This document shows, in pieces, positions 60,201 to 64,000 of a stretch of 64,000 nt of DNA. This DNA comes from Eledone cirrhosa (lineage: Eukaryota): assembly GCA_964016885.1 (NCBI GenBank), contig OZ024742.1, positions 81,282,001 to 81,346,000 of the forward strand, read 5' to 3'. Below the pieces are notes generated by a model. That model saw only the letters and a program-made list of their open reading frames with translations. It made no database searches and was not told where the DNA came from. The stretch's first letter is position 1. The number at the start of each line of letters is the position of its first letter. Both the position numbers and the translations under genes were made by a program.

Positions 60201-60828
60201 GAAATATTGATACCTTCAAAGAAGCTTCATTTTAAACCTATTAATAGCCCAGCATTCGTAATTGTTCATAGTAAAAAGACCATGACCATGGTACAGAGCC
60301 CCAACTATATTAGAGGATGCAGAAACTATATAAAACATGTTTGTATTACAGCCCAATATTATATCCTGAAAGTTAGAAAGGACGCGAAGCAGATGAGAAC
60401 AATCACAATTTACACTACACAATCTATATAAATCTCTCTCTCTCTCTCTCTCTAAATATATATATATATGTGTGTGTGTGTATATATATGTGTGTGTATA
60501 TATATATGTGTGTGTGTGTATGAATGTATGTATGTATGTATGTATGATCGTGTCTGGAAATACGTCCAACATGTATGTATATATTCGTATATCCTACAGT
60601 ATATAAGTGTGTATTGTTACATCATAATGACTCGTAACTTCTACAAGGATTTTAATAATTTCACTATAAGCCATAATAATTGTGCAGAAATTGGCTAAAT
60701 CACCAGAATAGTTTATTCCTTTAATTCTTCCACGATTCCTAATCAGGTATTGAGAGAAATGCAAGAGCAATTACGTACTACACAATCTCTGCTAAAATGG
60801 ACTTTAAGGCGATAATATCTCCCCCTCT

Positions 60829-60953
<125 letters not shown>

Positions 60954-61129
60954 AGAATGGAGTAAGGTTCTATACAAACGGAGGTCATAGGGAAGAACTA
61001 GAATTGGATATAGCACGGAAAATATATTTAAAGGATCTGTTTCTCTTTTTTTCTTTTTCATCTGTCAAAGTGGCATTAATGAAAAAAATGAGAGGAACAA
61101 TCTTTTTTTTAAAAAAAGGAATGTTATAT

Positions 61130-63190
61130 TGTATAAAACAGCAAATTTAAGACACGGGAGGAGTTTGTTATTAAGCTGGAATCTGACTTCAGATCAGCAA
61201 ATAAAGGTTTCTGCCAAACCATTGCCTTCTTTTGTAATAAGAAACCCTCTTCCACACATGCTATCAAGAAGGCGTCTAGGGTTCTCCTCTTATCAGAAAG
61301 GGGAATCGTCACGAGGTAGTGAGAATACTTTGCCGATCTTGTAAACCCGATCACAACAGCTTCTTTGGATTTACACTAGGTCCATCCCGGAGCGGTGTCT
61401 AATTTCTCCGACGCTTACCTCGGAATAGCAGTCAAAGAGCTCAAATTCTCTGGGGAAGAGGATGTTAAATGCCTTAATTAGAGAAGGTATTCTCTGGCTG
61501 ACTCGTGTGTTCAGAATGTCCTATATCTCTGGAAAAGCACCTAACTTATGGCAATCGAGAGTGATAATCCTAATTTCAAAAAGTAATATTGTTCCAATTA
61601 GTGAGGGATCTCCTTATTAAATTCCCCGGTAAAGACTATGTTAAGTGTCTGGTAAAGAATTGCAAGGAGATTGACGAGTCCTAGCTAGCTGCTGTACAGT
61701 GTAGTTTTCGCTCCAGACGCAGCATACCTGACTAAATATTCACATTGCGGCAGGTATTCGAGAAATCGTGGGAATATTGCCAAAATGTATCCCCTTGATT
61801 TGTCGACGTTGTGAAGTCATATGACCGCTTTCTTCGGGACTTTCTGTGGAAGGGTCTGCAGGAGTATGGGATCAAAGGTCAGATTCTTGCTTTCTTGATA
61901 TCTCTATATGAATGCCCAATTCCTTGTGTTTGGGTGAATGCTGCTACAATAAAGAAATTTAACATGTGAGTCGATTCCGCTCAATTTTTACACTAGCAGA
62001 AGAACCACTCGAAGGGTGGTTCTTCTAGCAAGTGTAGTGTGCATATTGGTATTATACGCAAATATAAATGCATGTAGATATGATATGTCAAATGAAATCG
62101 TAACTGACAACATGCAGAGATATTAAACGAAGTCTGTGTTACACTCTCTTCTATAATTAGTAAAGTAATCCATGATACATTAAAACAAGACGATATCATA
62201 TATAAACTGCATATATAATAAACTAAAATGTTATGAACATGAAAAAGGACAAAATTAGCAACGGAAATATAAACCTTATACAACAATGCGATGCTAGTAT
62301 CTAAACTTTTATGTAAGCGATGTGATAAGTGCTATGATATACGGACGCTAATCGGAAGTGTTGATATTTGATAATTTTAAAGAAGTGAATCTTTAAATAA
62401 GCAATACTTATTATATAAGATTATTGACTTTGCCTTTCATCCTTACGGCGTCGATAAAATAAAGTACCAGTAATGCACAGGGTAATTGCTGGTCTTGTGC
62501 CTAAAGTAGAAACAATTATTATTGTTTCATGAAAAGCTATGAAATTTAGTAGATAAATTACATAATATCAATTCATTATTTATTCAAAGAAATCCAACTT
62601 ATTTTACTCACGGGATAAAAATATACAAAACGTACGCTGTCGCGCGCTCCTCACTTTGTTATATTAATGATGTACAGTATTAACAGCCACATGTAGATTG
62701 AAAGTTATATCATGCCTGGCTGGTGTAAAACAGCCAACTGGAATGTGCAGATGACATTGTGTTAATTAACTCGACATAATGTCTACTTGCACTCAATAGG
62801 TTTGTTGCCGAGTGCGGCATGGCTGGAATGAAAATAAGTGCTGCGCAATCTAATACTCTAGTTCTCTCAAGGAAGACTGCGCAGTGGATTTTCATGTAAA
62901 TGAAATTCGACTGAAGCAGGTGGAGAGGTTCAAGTAACTCGAGGTCATTATCCCGAGTTATGGAAGGCAGGAGGATGCATTAAGTACAATAATTGCAAAA
63001 GGAGGTGCAGTAATGTGCCAGTTACAGCACACTTAATTAGAAGTGTTAGGTAGTCGTGAAATCCTAACTGCCTATCTTCAAATGGGTATTCGTGCCAACC
63101 CTTATGAATCACGGTTACTGACCGAAATAATATGATTGCGAATACAAGCGGTTCCTCCGAAGGGTCTTTGGAGTAACGTAACACGATAGA
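61130..63190 (+). mobile_element. RTE-clade LINE RT remnant interrupted by a Helitron
   Basis: EYFADLVNP, WLTRVF..GKAP..W, GISLL, QCSFR..IFTLRQVFEKSWEY, FVDVVKSYD, then after the insertion CADD and VERFK.L. Confidence 0.8.
61993..62670 (-). mobile_element. Non-autonomous Helitron, copy 2 (SINE fragment at 62424-62522)
   Basis: A|TC...CTAG|T ends; removing it rejoins the RT sequence (CCGCTCAATTTTTACA|TGTAC, PLNFYM); homologous to 15703-16599. Confidence 0.85.
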
Positions 63191-63601
63191 GTGTGTGTTG
63201 CACGAATAACACACACATGTGAATAATTAACACTTACGCGATCTTTGCACAAAACGGCCTAGATGACGTGTATAAATTGTTTTACTAGCAAAAGCCGTGA
63301 ATATGAAAATGTCTATAAACTCATCATTTCAGGAGTAGCAATTGGTAATATATATTTAACAATTAGTCAGTAATATACATTATATTTTAATGAATAACAT
63401 TAATTTGAATATAACTGATACAAGTATATAATCACAAACATGAAACCATCTGAAATAAAGCTCAGAATTGATTAAAGGAAAGATGGTAATAGACCAATTT
63501 AAACTAAAGAAACCGCATTAACATATCCCCAGATGAAACAAATATTGTTTAGCAATCTAAATCCGGATTGCTCAACGAATACACACACACAGACACACAC
63601 A

Positions 63602-63697
<96 letters not shown>

Positions 63698-63847
63698 CAT
63701 TGAGTGCTTTGTGATTACCTCAATCTCGATTAGTACTTGCTGTATGGAGCTACAACTTCGATTCATACCCAATATCATGTAAACATATATATATATACAT
63801 ATATACATACACACACCACACACACATACACACACACACACATACAT

Positions 63848-63882
<35 letters not shown>

Positions 63883-64000
63883 GTGTGCATATATATATAT
63901 ATATATACAATATATATATTGTATATATATATTGTGTATTGTGTATAATTGTATTGTTGTAAATGGCATGTAGTGTCTGGAATCCACATTTTTATACAAA

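Overview
AT-rich, microsatellite-rich eukaryotic intergenic or intronic DNA with no recognisable host gene. The tRNA-derived SINE resembles octopus SINEs, so the source is probably an octopod cephalopod (inference). The window is a nest of retroelements, most of them inserted into (TA)n tracts: (i) a near full-length CR1-group LINE (~26923-31390) with an intact Myb/SANT-like plus 2xCCCH ORF1 and a candidate -1 frameshift signal into ORF2; (ii) one Naiad-type and several Hydra-type Penelope-like elements (PLEs), plus many non-coding PLE 3' ends (pLTRs). Many PLE copies form fold-back structures with arms from 17 bp to 2.5 kb and carry hammerhead ribozyme (HHR) motifs, including a U3-A8 core variant and versions with a greatly enlarged, branched stem II. 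Also present: R4/Dong and RTE LINE remnants, non-autonomous Helitrons, a mariner end and about ten SINE copies. Most listed ORFs (poly-YI, poly-HT) are microsatellite artefacts. All alignments, identities and RNA folds were done by eye; boundaries are approximate unless stated.
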